Source of the DNA: Thermoflexus hugenholtzii JAD2
GTDB lineage: Bacteria > Chloroflexota > Limnocylindria > Limnocylindrales > Limnocylindraceae
Length of the DNA: 57,840 nucleotides
NCBI GenBank assembly: GCA_945862225.1
Contig: CAMAXG010000001.1
Location: 1 to 57,840, forward strand
Direction: 5' to 3'
Both the position numbers and the translations under genes were made by a program. Below, in pieces: positions 1 to 9,049 of this stretch. Within the stretch, counting starts at the first letter, position 1; each line of letters starts with the position of its first letter. Under the pieces are notes generated by a model. It did not search any database. It saw only the letters and a program-made list of their open reading frames with translations, and was not told the origin of the DNA.

Positions 1-945
1 CAGCGCGACAAGGGTCGCGGCCCAATCGCCACCGTGATCGTGCAGACGGGCACCCTCCGTGTTGGCGACCATATGGTCGTCGGCGCCATCTCCGGGAAGG
101 TTCGCTCGTTGGAGTCGACCGATGGGGGCCGAATCAAGGTGGCCGGCCCTTCGACAGCAGTAGTCGTTTCTGGCCTTCCCGAGGTGCCCGTTAGCGGTGA
201 GATCTTCCGTATTGCAGCAGACGAGAAGGAGGCCCGCGCCTGGTCTGAGGCCGCCGCCGACGCCACGAGCGCTGGGCGTGATAGCGGCCACGCCACGATG
301 GAGGACCTCTACAAGCGCATCCAGTCTGGAGCGGGCAAAGAGGTCCGCGTCATCCTGAAGTCCGACGTGGCCGGATCACTCGGCGCTATCGAACATCAGC
401 TCGAGAAGATGCAGAGCGATGAGGTGCGCATCAACGTGCTCCTCTCCGCCGCGGGGGAGGTCACCGAGAACGACATCCTGCTCGCCTCAGCCTCCGATGC
501 AATCGTGCTCGGCTTCACCACCACGCTCACCCCGGGGGCGCGTCGCATGGCCGAAACGAACAAGGTTGACGTGCGCCTCTACGAGATCATCTACGAACTT
601 GCCGACGATATGAAGGCCGCGCTCGAAGGCATGCTGGATCCTGAGAAGTCAGAGGTTGTTGAGGGGCGTGCCGAAGTGAAGCAGCTCTTCCCTGGAAAGG
701 GCTTCGTCATTGCCGGATCGATCATTCGCGAAGGCCGCGTAACCCGTGGTGCGAAGGTACGCGTCATGCGCGGCGGCAACCTGGTTGCTACCGACGTGAT
801 CGAATCACTTCGACGCTTCCGTGATGACGTCCGTGAGGTGAAAGAGGGCCAGGAGTGCGGCATTGGCCTTGGCGCTTCGGTCACCGTGCAAGAGGGCGAC
901 ATCTTGGAGATTATCGGCGAGAAGTCAACGAGGCGGACCCTCTAA
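1..945 (+). CDS. infB: Translation initiation factor IF-2, C-terminal part (5' end lies outside the window)
   Basis: Frame 1 is open from nt 1 (QRDKGRGPIATVIVQTGTLRVGD...), matching the IF-2 domain after the G domain. The C-terminus (ECGIGL...GDILE) is typical. Followed by rbfA as in the classical operon. Confidence 0.9.
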   Translation, partial: QRDKGRGPIATVIVQTGTLRVGDHMVVGAISGKVRSLESTDGGRIKVAGPSTAVVVSGLPEVPVSGEIFRIAADEKEARAWSEAAADATSAGRDSGHATMEDLYKRIQSGAGKEVRVILKSDVAGSLGAIEHQLEKMQSDEVRINVLLSAAGEVTENDILLASASDAIVLGFTTTLTPGARRMAETNKVDVRLYEIIYELADDMKAALEGMLDPEKSEVVEGRAEVKQLFPGKGFVIAGSIIREGRVTRGAKVRVMRGGNLVATDVIESLRRFRDDVREVKEGQECGIGLGASVTVQEGDILEIIGEKSTRRTL

Positions 946-947
946 GC

Positions 948-1370
948 ATGTCTGAGCGGATGCCCCGTGTCGACGAGCTTCTTCGAGAAGAGATCAGTGC
1001 CCATATCGGACGATCTCTCAGCGATCCGCGGCTTGGCTTTGTGACCGTCACCTCCGTCTCCACGTCACCGGACCTGCGACACGCCAAGGTGTTTGTCAGC
1101 ACGATCGGTAGTGAAGAGCAGCGCGTTGCCTCACTTGCAGCACTGAAGAGTGCCGCTTCGCACCTTCGCACCGTGATCGGCAAGGGGCTGCGCATCCGGC
1201 GCGTTCCCGATCTGCACTTTGAACTTGACGAGGCAGGGGATCGCGGTGCACGCATTCAGCAGCTACTCGGAAGCATCGCTGACGGCGGACTCCCACCCGA
1301 AACACTCTCGCCGCTGCCAGCACCAACACGCACGGGCGTTGAAGAGAAGAGCCGAAGGAGCAAGGGATGA
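948..1370 (+). CDS. rbfA: Ribosome-binding factor A
   Basis: ATG at 948, 3 nt after the infB TAA. Sequence RVDELLREEIS...DPRLGFVTVTSVSTSPDLRHAKVF is characteristic of RbfA. I prefer the internal start over the track start at 855, which overlaps infB. Confidence 0.85.
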   Translation: MSERMPRVDELLREEISAHIGRSLSDPRLGFVTVTSVSTSPDLRHAKVFVSTIGSEEQRVASLAALKSAASHLRTVIGKGLRIRRVPDLHFELDEAGDRGARIQQLLGSIADGGLPPETLSPLPAPTRTGVEEKSRRSKG

Positions 1371-2434
1371 GCGAGCAGGGGACCGTTCACGCAGCTGAAT
1401 ACCTGCAGCGTGCCGATGCACTCCGACCGGCAGCACGCGCTGCTGTTCCTGCAAACGTGTTGGAGGCGCTTCGTTCTGCAAAGCGGCTGTGGATTGTGCC
1501 GCATGAGCGACCAGATGCCGATGCACTCGGTGCGGCACTTGGTCTTAAGGCGATTCTCGGGCAGTTTGGCGCTGAGGTAGCCGTAGTTAGCTCCGACGCT
1601 CCGCCAGCCGTATACGACGTAATCCCAACCATCGCTGAGGTTGCTCTTGAGGCGCCCACCTGGCAGCCGGATGCGATCGTGCTCGTCGATTGCGCCGATC
1701 CGAAGCGGGCCGGCCGCATCGGCGAACTGATCATTGCCCTCCCAGCCTCTACGCCACGCATCCTGATTGATCACCATGTTTCCAACGAGACAACTTGGCC
1801 GCTCGCTTGGGTTGATGCGCGCGCCGCAGCTACCTGTGAATTGGTCAGCCTCATCGCCCTAGCGCTCGGAGCAGACCTCTCCGTTGATGGGGGGAGGCTC
1901 GCGACGACGCTTGCAGCGGGCGTGATCATGGACACCGCGACCTTCCAGCATGGCAACACCACACCCCGAACCCTTGAGGTGGGCGGGCTTCTTCTTGCAG
2001 CCGGCGCGCCGATCAGCGAGATCTCCCGAAAGATCTACCGTTCAAAGCCGCTCGCGCAGGTCCAGCTCCATGCGCGTGTTCTGGCGAGCTTGAACACCAC
2101 GGATGATGGCCGCACCGTGTTCGCCACGATGATGCTGGCCGACCTTACCGAGTCTGGGGCAACGCCCGAGATGAGCGAGGGAATTGTCGATTCTCTCGCG
2201 CATGTGTCCGAGGCTGATGTTGCGATCTTCTTCAAAGAGGATGGCCCAGCCACCGCGCGCATCTCTGTGCGCACAAAGGGTGAAGGACCTGATGCGACCG
2301 CGATCGCGGGCGCATTTGGTGGTGGCGGACATGCCCGCGCGGCAGGTGCCACGATTGAACGTCCCGTGAACGAAGCTCTCACCCTGGTGCTTGCGCGCGT
2401 GACGGAGCTACGCGCACACAACGTAGCGGGCTGA
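1367..2434 (+). CDS. nrnA: DHH/DHHA1 family phosphoesterase (NrnA-like oligoribonuclease / pAp phosphatase)
   Basis: DHH motif (LIDHHVSN) and DHHA1 motif (GGGGHARAAG). ATGA overlap with the rbfA stop. The position between rbfA and truB is typical. Confidence 0.75.
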   Translation: MSEQGTVHAAEYLQRADALRPAARAAVPANVLEALRSAKRLWIVPHERPDADALGAALGLKAILGQFGAEVAVVSSDAPPAVYDVIPTIAEVALEAPTWQPDAIVLVDCADPKRAGRIGELIIALPASTPRILIDHHVSNETTWPLAWVDARAAATCELVSLIALALGADLSVDGGRLATTLAAGVIMDTATFQHGNTTPRTLEVGGLLLAAGAPISEISRKIYRSKPLAQVQLHARVLASLNTTDDGRTVFATMMLADLTESGATPEMSEGIVDSLAHVSEADVAIFFKEDGPATARISVRTKGEGPDATAIAGAFGGGGHARAAGATIERPVNEALTLVLARVTELRAHNVAG

Positions 2435-2438
2435 GCGA

Positions 2439-3401
2439 ATGGCGCGGCGACGGCCGAGCACGCCAGGCATCGACGGGGTCCTTCTCGTCGATAAGCCGAA
2501 TGGCCCGACCAGCCACGACATCGTGGCCAAAATCCGCCGGATGGCGGGCCAGCCACGCATCGGCCACGGCGGTACCCTCGACCCATTTGCCACAGGCCTC
2601 TTAGTGCTTGTCCTGGGCCGCGCGACGCGCCTAGCGAGCATGCATCTCGGCGGCGAGAAGCGCTACGAGGCGACCTTCTCGTTTGGTGGCGCAACCACAA
2701 CAGATGATCTCGATGGCGAGCGCATCGGGGCCCCTGGAGCACCGCCCTCGCAGGCGGCAATCGATGCGCTGCTGCCGCGCTATCGGGGCGCCTTAGAGCA
2801 GGTACCACCGTCACACTCCGCAAAGCGCACAGACGGCGTACGCGCCTACGAACGTGCGCGTGCAGGGGAGGTAGTTGAGCTGGCACCGCGTCCGATTGAG
2901 ATCAAGCGGTTCGACCTGCTCAGCTGGGACGGCTCTCATGCCGAGGAGCCGCTCATGCATGCACGGCTTGACGTGAGTTCCGGCACCTACATTCGCGCGA
3001 TCGCACGAGACCTTGGCCGCGATGCAGGGAGTGGGGCACACCTCGTTGCGCTTCGTCGCGTTGGCTCTGGTGTCTTTGCAGTGGGGGAGGCGCACACCAT
3101 GGAGCAGATCGCCGCCGCTGCACTAGCGGGTGAGCTGCGCAACCTGCTGCTGCCGCTCGACGCTGGGCTCGACCACATCGCCGCAACGGAGGTTGGCGAG
3201 AAGGGTGCAGCACTGCTACGCGACGGCATCGCACTCCCCGTCGGCATGCTGGACAGCGCCGGTCAGGAGACGGCAGAGGGGAGCCCTCTACGGCTGCATG
3301 TGCATGGCGCGATCGCTGCGTTCGGTCGTCGCACGGCATTTGGCGCGCAACCTGAGCGCGTCTTCATCGAATCAAACGCGCTGGTAGGGCAACGCCTGTG
3401 A
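2439..3401 (+). CDS. truB: tRNA pseudouridine(55) synthase
   Basis: GVLLVDKPNGPTSHDIV and GHGGTLDPFATGLL (catalytic Asp motif). Confidence 0.9.
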   Translation: MARRRPSTPGIDGVLLVDKPNGPTSHDIVAKIRRMAGQPRIGHGGTLDPFATGLLVLVLGRATRLASMHLGGEKRYEATFSFGGATTTDDLDGERIGAPGAPPSQAAIDALLPRYRGALEQVPPSHSAKRTDGVRAYERARAGEVVELAPRPIEIKRFDLLSWDGSHAEEPLMHARLDVSSGTYIRAIARDLGRDAGSGAHLVALRRVGSGVFAVGEAHTMEQIAAAALAGELRNLLLPLDAGLDHIAATEVGEKGAALLRDGIALPVGMLDSAGQETAEGSPLRLHVHGAIAAFGRRTAFGAQPERVFIESNALVGQRL

Positions 3402-4234
3402 AGCGGGTGGTCGGTTGGGATGAGTTGGCGTTGGAGATTTCGTCAGTAGAAGGCGCTCCTGGATCAGTCCTAACCCTTGGGGTCTTTGATGGACTGCATC
3501 GAGGGCATATGCGCCTGCTCGCCGCGGCTGAGCGGCTTGCTCGGTCGGCAGGGCTCCGCCGCGTGCATATTGGCTTCACACCACACCCCGACCTGCTGAT
3601 GCGAGGCGCAACGCCTCTCCAGCTCCTTGACGCCGGTGAACTCGAGCTCCGCATGGCTGCGGCGGGCGTTGACCTTTGGTGCGACCTCCCCTTTACGGCA
3701 GAGACGCGTGACACGCCGTGGGAGCGCTTCATCGAGCGGCTGGTTGGGGTGACGGCGGCGAAGAGCATCGTCCTCTCCCCAGAATCCGCATTCGGCAAGG
3801 GTCGGCAGGGGACGCTGCCCACCATCCGGGCCTGGGGGGCTGCGCACGGACTGCAGGTGCATCCGGTGGCCGAGGCGATCGCTGGTGGCATGCCCATTCG
3901 GAGCACCCGTATCCGGGAGGCCATTGTGGGCGGGGACCTCACAGGGGCGGCGCGCCTCCTCGCTCGACCCTACGCCCTCGTAGGCACGCTCCAGGGTGAC
4001 CAGATCCGCCTCCAGCCCAGCGAGGCTGCCGTACCACCCCCAGGGGTGTATCGGGCTCGCGTTGGGGTTGCGGGGCGCCCAGAGGGACGACTTCCCCTCG
4101 TGGGTCGGCTCACCACCGTACGTGTCGATGCGGATGGGCTGACTATCACGCTCGTGCGACCAGATGCCGCAGATCGACGCTTTGAGGGGGGCCCGATACG
4201 GGTCGCCCTGCTTGGGGGGAGCCTCCAGGCGTAG
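3398..4234 (+). CDS. ribF: FAD synthetase (FMN adenylyltransferase) RibF-like; the C-terminal riboflavin-kinase part is short and degenerate
   Basis: N-terminal LTLGVFDGLHRGHMRLL nucleotidyltransferase motif. GTGA overlap with truB. The C-terminal ~88 aa lack the GRxLGFPTAN kinase motif. Confidence 0.7.
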   Translation: MKRVVGWDELALEISSVEGAPGSVLTLGVFDGLHRGHMRLLAAAERLARSAGLRRVHIGFTPHPDLLMRGATPLQLLDAGELELRMAAAGVDLWCDLPFTAETRDTPWERFIERLVGVTAAKSIVLSPESAFGKGRQGTLPTIRAWGAAHGLQVHPVAEAIAGGMPIRSTRIREAIVGGDLTGAARLLARPYALVGTLQGDQIRLQPSEAAVPPPGVYRARVGVAGRPEGRLPLVGRLTTVRVDADGLTITLVRPDAADRRFEGGPIRVALLGGSLQA

Positions 4235-4276
4235 ATTTGCTACCCTATGCACATCCAAGATGTGATGAAGAGATGA

Positions 4277-4297
4277 GGGGTGCCCTTGGAGCACCTC
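4277..4297 (+). promoter_or_regulatory. Stem-loop in the rpsO leader just upstream of the SD (possible S15 autoregulatory element)
   Basis: GGGGTGC (4277-4283) pairs with GCACCTC (4291-4297), with one G-U pair and a 7-nt loop. AAGGAG SD at 4304-4309. Confidence 0.3.
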
Positions 4298-4318
4298 CGA
4301 TGTAAGGAGAACCACCAC

Positions 4319-4588
4319 TTGCCACTAGACCAAGCAACAACCGCACGCATCGTTGCAGACAACGGGCGTCACGGTACTGACACTGGGTCCGCAGATGTCC
4401 AGATCGCACTCCTCACGGAGCGCATTCAGGGCCTTACGGCGCACCTACAAACCTTTAAGCAGGACAACCACTCGCGCCGCGGGCTCTTGAAGCTCGTCGG
4501 TCAGCGACGTCGACTGCTTACTTTCCTTAAGCGTGAAGATGCAGCGCGCTACGCCGCGCTCTCCGAGAAGCTCGGACTTCGTCGCTAA
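4319..4588 (+). CDS. rpsO: 30S ribosomal protein S15
   Basis: [23 protein letters not shown]...[20 protein letters not shown] at 4319 lies 9 nt after AAGGAG and gives the canonical 89 aa. The track start (GTG 4280) adds a non-homologous extension. Confidence 0.9.
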   Translation: MPLDQATTARIVADNGRHGTDTGSADVQIALLTERIQGLTAHLQTFKQDNHSRRGLLKLVGQRRRLLTFLKREDAARYAALSEKLGLRR

Positions 4589-4664
4589 CCACCCCCCGGC
4601 CTTTGGCTGGGACTACATCGGCACGCTGACGGAAGAACCGCCAGCGGCCTGACAGGAGAACAGA

Positions 4665-7262
4665 ATGAGCAACATCACCAGCGTATCCGCCGAGTTCGGC
4701 GGTCAGACCCTCACGATTGAAACAGGCCGAATGGCCCGCCTTGCCGGTGGCGCAGTCACCGTTCGCTACGGCGACACCGTGGTCCTTGGTACTGCAAACC
4801 GCAGCGAGCCACGACCAGGCCTCGACTTCTTCCCACTCACGATTGAATTCGAAGAGCGCATGTACGCCGCGGGGAAGATTCCAGGCGGATACATCAAGCG
4901 CGAAGGGCGAGCTTCTGAGAATGCAACGCTCTCCGCTCGTTTGACCGACCGACCGATTCGACCACTCTTCCCAGAGGGGTACAAGGACGACGTGCAGGTT
5001 GTGATCACCGTGCTGAGCGCGGACCAGGAGAACGACCCAGACATTCTCGGAACGCTTGCCGCCTCTGCCGCACTGACGATCTCCGAGATCCCATTCCTTG
5101 GGCCAATCGGCGCAGTGCGCGTCGGCATCGTGAACGGTGCCTTTGTCATCAACCCAACCTTTGATCAGCTCAAGGAGAGCGATCTCGACTTGGTGGTCTC
5201 AGGCACAGTCAGCGCGATCATGATGGTCGAGGCTGGCGCAAACCTGATCACCGAAGACAAGATGGCCGAGGCCATTGAATTCGGACACAACGCCATCAAG
5301 GCGCTCGTTGCCCTGCAGGAGGAGCTCCGCGCCAAGGTTGGCAAGGAGAAGCGCGTTCCCTACATCGAGCCAAGCACCGACAGCGTGCTGGCGTTTGCTG
5401 AGGCAGCCGCGAACGGCGGCACCTTTGTAATCGTTGACACTGAGACGACCGGCCTTGATTCGAAGATTTCGGATCTTGTCGAAGTCGCTGCAGTGAAGAT
5501 CAAGGGTGGCAAGATCACCGACCGCTGGAGCAGCTTTGTTGACGCCGGCAACGGTATCGTCGGCGCCCAGATGCACGGCATCACCAACAAAGACATAAAG
5601 GGCGGCCTGACGCCAAAGGCGGCAGCCGAGAAGATTGCTGAATTCGCCAAGGGTGCAATCCTTGTCGGACACAACCTTGGCTTTGATGTTGCCTTCCTCG
5701 ACGAGGCACTCGGCAAGGGTCGCACCTTCGCGACCGAGCAGGGGAGCTACCTCGACACCTACGTCCTCTTCAAGGAGGCGTACCCAGAGAGCGAGTCGTT
5801 TAAGCTCGGAGATCTCGCACGCGTCTATGGCGCAGCGACAACCCCGAACCATCGAGCCGCTGCTGACGCTGAAGCGACGGCAGAGCTCTTGCTGATTCTC
5901 GCCAACGAACTCCCAGGTCGCCTCGCGGCGCTCAAGGAGGGGATTGCTGATTCGATCCGCGCCGCACGCAGCGGTAAGGGCGAGCCAAAGGCGATCTTCG
6001 AGGCGGCACGTCGCAAGGCGCGCGTCGGCAAGAACCTCTTCGGCTGGATGCATAAGAAGACGGCGCGCAGCCTCACGATGAAGGAGGGAATCCGCCTCGA
6101 CGGCCGTAAGGCTGATGAGATCCGCAAGATCTCGGTAGAGGTTGGCCTTCTCCCGCGCGCACACGGCTCAGGCCTCTTCACCCGCGGTGAGACCCAGGCG
6201 TTGAGCGTGGCAACCCTTGGCCCAGTGGCACAGGGGCAGCGTCTCGACACGATCTCGCCGATCACCGAGAAGCGCTACATCCACCACTACAACATGCCGC
6301 CATACAGCACCGGCGAGAACAAGCCGATGCGTGGTCCAGGGCGACGCGAGATTGGGCACGGAGCCCTTGCCGAGCGCGCACTGATCCCAGTGCTCCCATC
6401 GATCGAGGAGTTCCCGTACGCCATCCGAGTCGTCTCGGAGTGCGTGACCTCCAACGGATCGACCTCAATGGCCTCAACCTGTGGCTCGAGCCTCTCACTC
6501 CTTGATGCCGGCGTGCCGCTCAAGGCGTCGGTCGCTGGTGCTGCAATGGGCCTGATGTCGGAGCCAGATGGCGAGTTCATCGTCCTCACGGACATCCTCG
6601 GCAAAGAGGATGCCTTCGGCGACATGGACTTCAAGGTGACGGGAACCCGCACAGGGATCACCGCCTTGCAGATGGACATCAAGGTGCAGGGGATTAACGG
6701 GGCGATCATTCGCACCGGCCTCAAGGACGCGCTCGCTGCGCGCCTCGAGATCCTCGACAAGATGGACGCGATCATCAGCACCGCTCGACCAGAGCTCTCT
6801 GATTTCGCTCCACGCATCACCACGATCAAGATCAATCCGGAGAAGATCCGCGACATCATTGGTAAGGGTGGCGCGGTCATCCGCAAGTTGCAGGATGACT
6901 TCCAGGTCAACATCAATGTGCAGGACGACGGCACCGTGCAGATCGCTTCGGCTGACCCAGAGCGCACCAAGGGCGTCCTTGATGCGATCAACGGGATCAC
7001 CAAAGAGGTTGAGCTCGGCGCGCTCTACATGGGCAAGGTCACCCGCATCATGGGCTTCGGCTGCTTCGTTGAGATCCTTCCAGGCAAGGAAGGCCTCGTA
7101 CGCATCGGCGAGCTTGCCGACTATCGTGTGAACACGGTCGAGGATGAGGTCGCCGTTGGCGACGAGATCATGGTTGTGGTCACCGAAGTTGACCGCCAGG
7201 GTCGTGTAAACCTGTCGCGCCGCGCCGCCATGCAGCGTCACAAGGCCACGCCTCAGGAGTAA
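4665..7262 (+). CDS. pnp: Polyribonucleotide nucleotidyltransferase (PNPase) with an inserted DEDDh exonuclease domain
   Basis: RNase PH core 1 (FPLTIEFEERMYAAGKIPGG). Core 2 (IRLDGRKADEIR...LPRAHGSGLFTRGETQAL, ECVTSNGSTSMASTCG). KH (GKGGAVIRKL). S1 (GKVTRIMGFGCFVEI). 865 aa because of an extra block of about 165 aa. Confidence 0.95.
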   Translation: MSNITSVSAEFGGQTLTIETGRMARLAGGAVTVRYGDTVVLGTANRSEPRPGLDFFPLTIEFEERMYAAGKIPGGYIKREGRASENATLSARLTDRPIRPLFPEGYKDDVQVVITVLSADQENDPDILGTLAASAALTISEIPFLGPIGAVRVGIVNGAFVINPTFDQLKESDLDLVVSGTVSAIMMVEAGANLITEDKMAEAIEFGHNAIKALVALQEELRAKVGKEKRVPYIEPSTDSVLAFAEAAANGGTFVIVDTETTGLDSKISDLVEVAAVKIKGGKITDRWSSFVDAGNGIVGAQMHGITNKDIKGGLTPKAAAEKIAEFAKGAILVGHNLGFDVAFLDEALGKGRTFATEQGSYLDTYVLFKEAYPESESFKLGDLARVYGAATTPNHRAAADAEATAELLLILANELPGRLAALKEGIADSIRAARSGKGEPKAIFEAARRKARVGKNLFGWMHKKTARSLTMKEGIRLDGRKADEIRKISVEVGLLPRAHGSGLFTRGETQALSVATLGPVAQGQRLDTISPITEKRYIHHYNMPPYSTGENKPMRGPGRREIGHGALAERALIPVLPSIEEFPYAIRVVSECVTSNGSTSMASTCGSSLSLLDAGVPLKASVAGAAMGLMSEPDGEFIVLTDILGKEDAFGDMDFKVTGTRTGITALQMDIKVQGINGAIIRTGLKDALAARLEILDKMDAIISTARPELSDFAPRITTIKINPEKIRDIIGKGGAVIRKLQDDFQVNINVQDDGTVQIASADPERTKGVLDAINGITKEVELGALYMGKVTRIMGFGCFVEILPGKEGLVRIGELADYRVNTVEDEVAVGDEIMVVVTEVDRQGRVNLSRRAAMQRHKATPQE
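5418..5915 (+). other. DnaQ/epsilon-like DEDDh 3'-5' exonuclease domain nested in the PNPase all-alpha linker (aa ~252-417)
   Basis: ExoI FVIVDTETTG (D258, E260). ExoII LVGHNLGFDVAFL (D341). ExoIII HRAAADAEATAELLL (H396, D401). In frame and flanked by PNPase helical-linker sequence on both sides. Confidence 0.8.
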
Positions 7263-7290
7263 GCGTGCCCTTTCACTCTAGAAACACCAC

Positions 7291-7323
7291 TGAGGACTTG
7301 CGGTCAACCCGCAGGTCCTCAGT
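7291..7323 (+). terminator. Hairpin downstream of pnp (putative terminator, no clear U-tract)
   Basis: CTGAGGAC-TTGCGG / CCGCAGGTCCTCAG is a near-perfect inverted repeat 29 nt after the pnp stop. Confidence 0.4.
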
Positions 7324-7338
7324 CGTATACTGGGCATC

Positions 7339-8388
7339 ATGAGCAACTCAGCAAACCCAGAGGGCTACGTTGTCGCCGTCCTCGGCGCAACCGGACTCGT
7401 TGGGCAAACCATGATCTCGGTACTTGAGGAGCGCAACTTCCCCGTGCGCCAACTTGTTCCACTTGCTTCGAGCAGTGGTGGCCGCACTGTACGTTTCCGT
7501 GGTGCAGATATCCCCGTGCAACAGGTTCAACCTGAATCATTCTCTGGCGTCGACATCGCCATCTTTAGTGCCGGGGGGGCCGCAAGCTTGACGTATGCGC
7601 CGGAGGCTGCTGCTCGAGGATGCGTCGTTGTCGATAACTCCAGCGCCTGGCGCATGGATGCAAAAGTTCCGCTCGTTGTCTCCCAGGTAAATCCGGACGC
7701 ACTGAAGGCCCACAACGGAATCATTGCGAACCCGAACTGCTCAACGATGCAACTTGCGCCACTCCTCAAAGCACTCTCTGATGCAGCCGGACTGGAGCGC
7801 GTCGTCGTAGCAACCTACCAGGCGGTTTCTGGTGCGGGCGGGAAATCCGTAGACGATCTCATTCAGCAGCGCGCTGCGGTCGTGAGCGGCGGCACACCCG
7901 CTTCGACTATCTACCCACACGCCGTCGTATCGAGCCCAATCCCTGCCATCGACGTATTCCTCCCTGATGGTTCCACCAAAGAAGAGACGAAGGTCGTGAA
8001 CGAGAGTCGAAAGATTCTCGACCTTCCAAATCTCCGCATCTCGGCAACGGCAGTACGTGTTCCGGTGGAGCGCAGTCACTCTGAGGCTGTGCATGTGGAG
8101 CTCTCCCGTGCACTCAGCCCCGACCAGGCCCGTGCCGCTTTTGCTTCGATGCAGGGGGTAACCGTTGTTGATGACCCCGCGAACCATTCGTACCCACTGG
8201 CGGCCGCCGCAGCGGGTAGTGACGAGATCTACGTGGGACGTGTCCGCACTGATGCCAGCGTTGAGCATGGGCTGGCCTTTTGGGTGGTGAGCGATAACGT
8301 CCGTAAGGGCGCAGCAACGAACGCCGTGGAAATTGCCGAACTCCTAGTCAGCATGGACCTGGTCCATGGAGCGAACCACGACGCCTAG
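7339..8388 (+). CDS. asd: Aspartate-semialdehyde dehydrogenase
   Basis: [15 protein letters not shown](P)-binding motif and active-site NPNCSTMQL. Confidence 0.9.
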   Translation: MSNSANPEGYVVAVLGATGLVGQTMISVLEERNFPVRQLVPLASSSGGRTVRFRGADIPVQQVQPESFSGVDIAIFSAGGAASLTYAPEAAARGCVVVDNSSAWRMDAKVPLVVSQVNPDALKAHNGIIANPNCSTMQLAPLLKALSDAAGLERVVVATYQAVSGAGGKSVDDLIQQRAAVVSGGTPASTIYPHAVVSSPIPAIDVFLPDGSTKEETKVVNESRKILDLPNLRISATAVRVPVERSHSEAVHVELSRALSPDQARAAFASMQGVTVVDDPANHSYPLAAAAAGSDEIYVGRVRTDASVEHGLAFWVVSDNVRKGAATNAVEIAELLVSMDLVHGANHDA

Positions 8389-9049
8389 CCGGGTCGCTCT
8401 CGAGCTCGCCTCGGTAGCCCGCGACGCCTCCACCTGTACGGCGTGCGGCCTCTCGGAGACGCGAACGCAGGCGGTCCCCGGAGAGGGGAGCCCGACCGCA
8501 GCGCTGGTCTTTGTCGGGGAGGCTCCTGGGGCACGAGAGGACCTGGCTGGCCGACCATTTGTTGGGGCCTCTGGTCGCCTCCTGGATGACCTCCTGGCTT
8601 CGATCGGCCTTCGGCGCGAGGAGGTCTTCATCTTGAACACCGTGAAGTGTCGGCCCCCAGAGAACCGCAACCCTCAACGCTCTGAGACCGCTGCATGCGC
8701 TCCGTTCCTTACGCGACAGCTGCAAGCGCTCCAGCCACGGGTGATCGCCACCCTCGGCAAGCATGCGCTTGCTGTCTTTGCGCCGACCGCAAAGATTGCC
8801 GAGGTACACGGGCGTCCGTACGCACAGACAGAGGTCGACCAGCACGGAAGCGCCGTGCTCTTCCCGCTCTACCACCCTGCAGCGGCACTGCACAACGGGA
8901 GCCTGCGGCCCACTTTGGAGCGCGACATGGCGGCCTTGCGGGAGTATCTCAACGCGAATGCTCGCGAAGGGGCGGGGGAGGCTACCCTACGCGAGGTGGA
9001 TTCGGTGCCGACTCGGCCCCGTTCCAGGACGCAAGGGGAGGCTGAATGA
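8366..9049 (+). CDS. Uracil-DNA glycosylase, family 4 (Fe-S type)
   Basis: [32 protein letters not shown] and YHPAAAL motifs. The start is uncertain because it overlaps the asd end by 23 nt. Confidence 0.8.
   Translation: MERTTTPSRVALELASVARDASTCTACGLSETRTQAVPGEGSPTAALVFVGEAPGAREDLAGRPFVGASGRLLDDLLASIGLRREEVFILNTVKCRPPENRNPQRSETAACAPFLTRQLQALQPRVIATLGKHALAVFAPTAKIAEVHGRPYAQTEVDQHGSAVLFPLYHPAAALHNGSLRPTLERDMAALREYLNANAREGAGEATLREVDSVPTRPRSRTQGEAE

Noticed and set aside
5418-5915. The PNPase insert considered as an intein, a mobile element or an independent gene.
   Set aside because: It has no intein splice-junction residues or HNF/endonuclease blocks, no flanking direct repeats, and no internal start/stop or RBS. 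Its codon style matches the flanks, so it reads as a genuine domain insertion.
5199-6164. A 321-aa ORF antisense to pnp, spanning the exonuclease insert.
   Set aside because: It lies fully inside the well-supported pnp frame. Its composition is Arg/Ala/Leu-rich and it has no recognisable motif or RBS. Long antisense ORFs like this are typical artefacts of GC-rich coding DNA.
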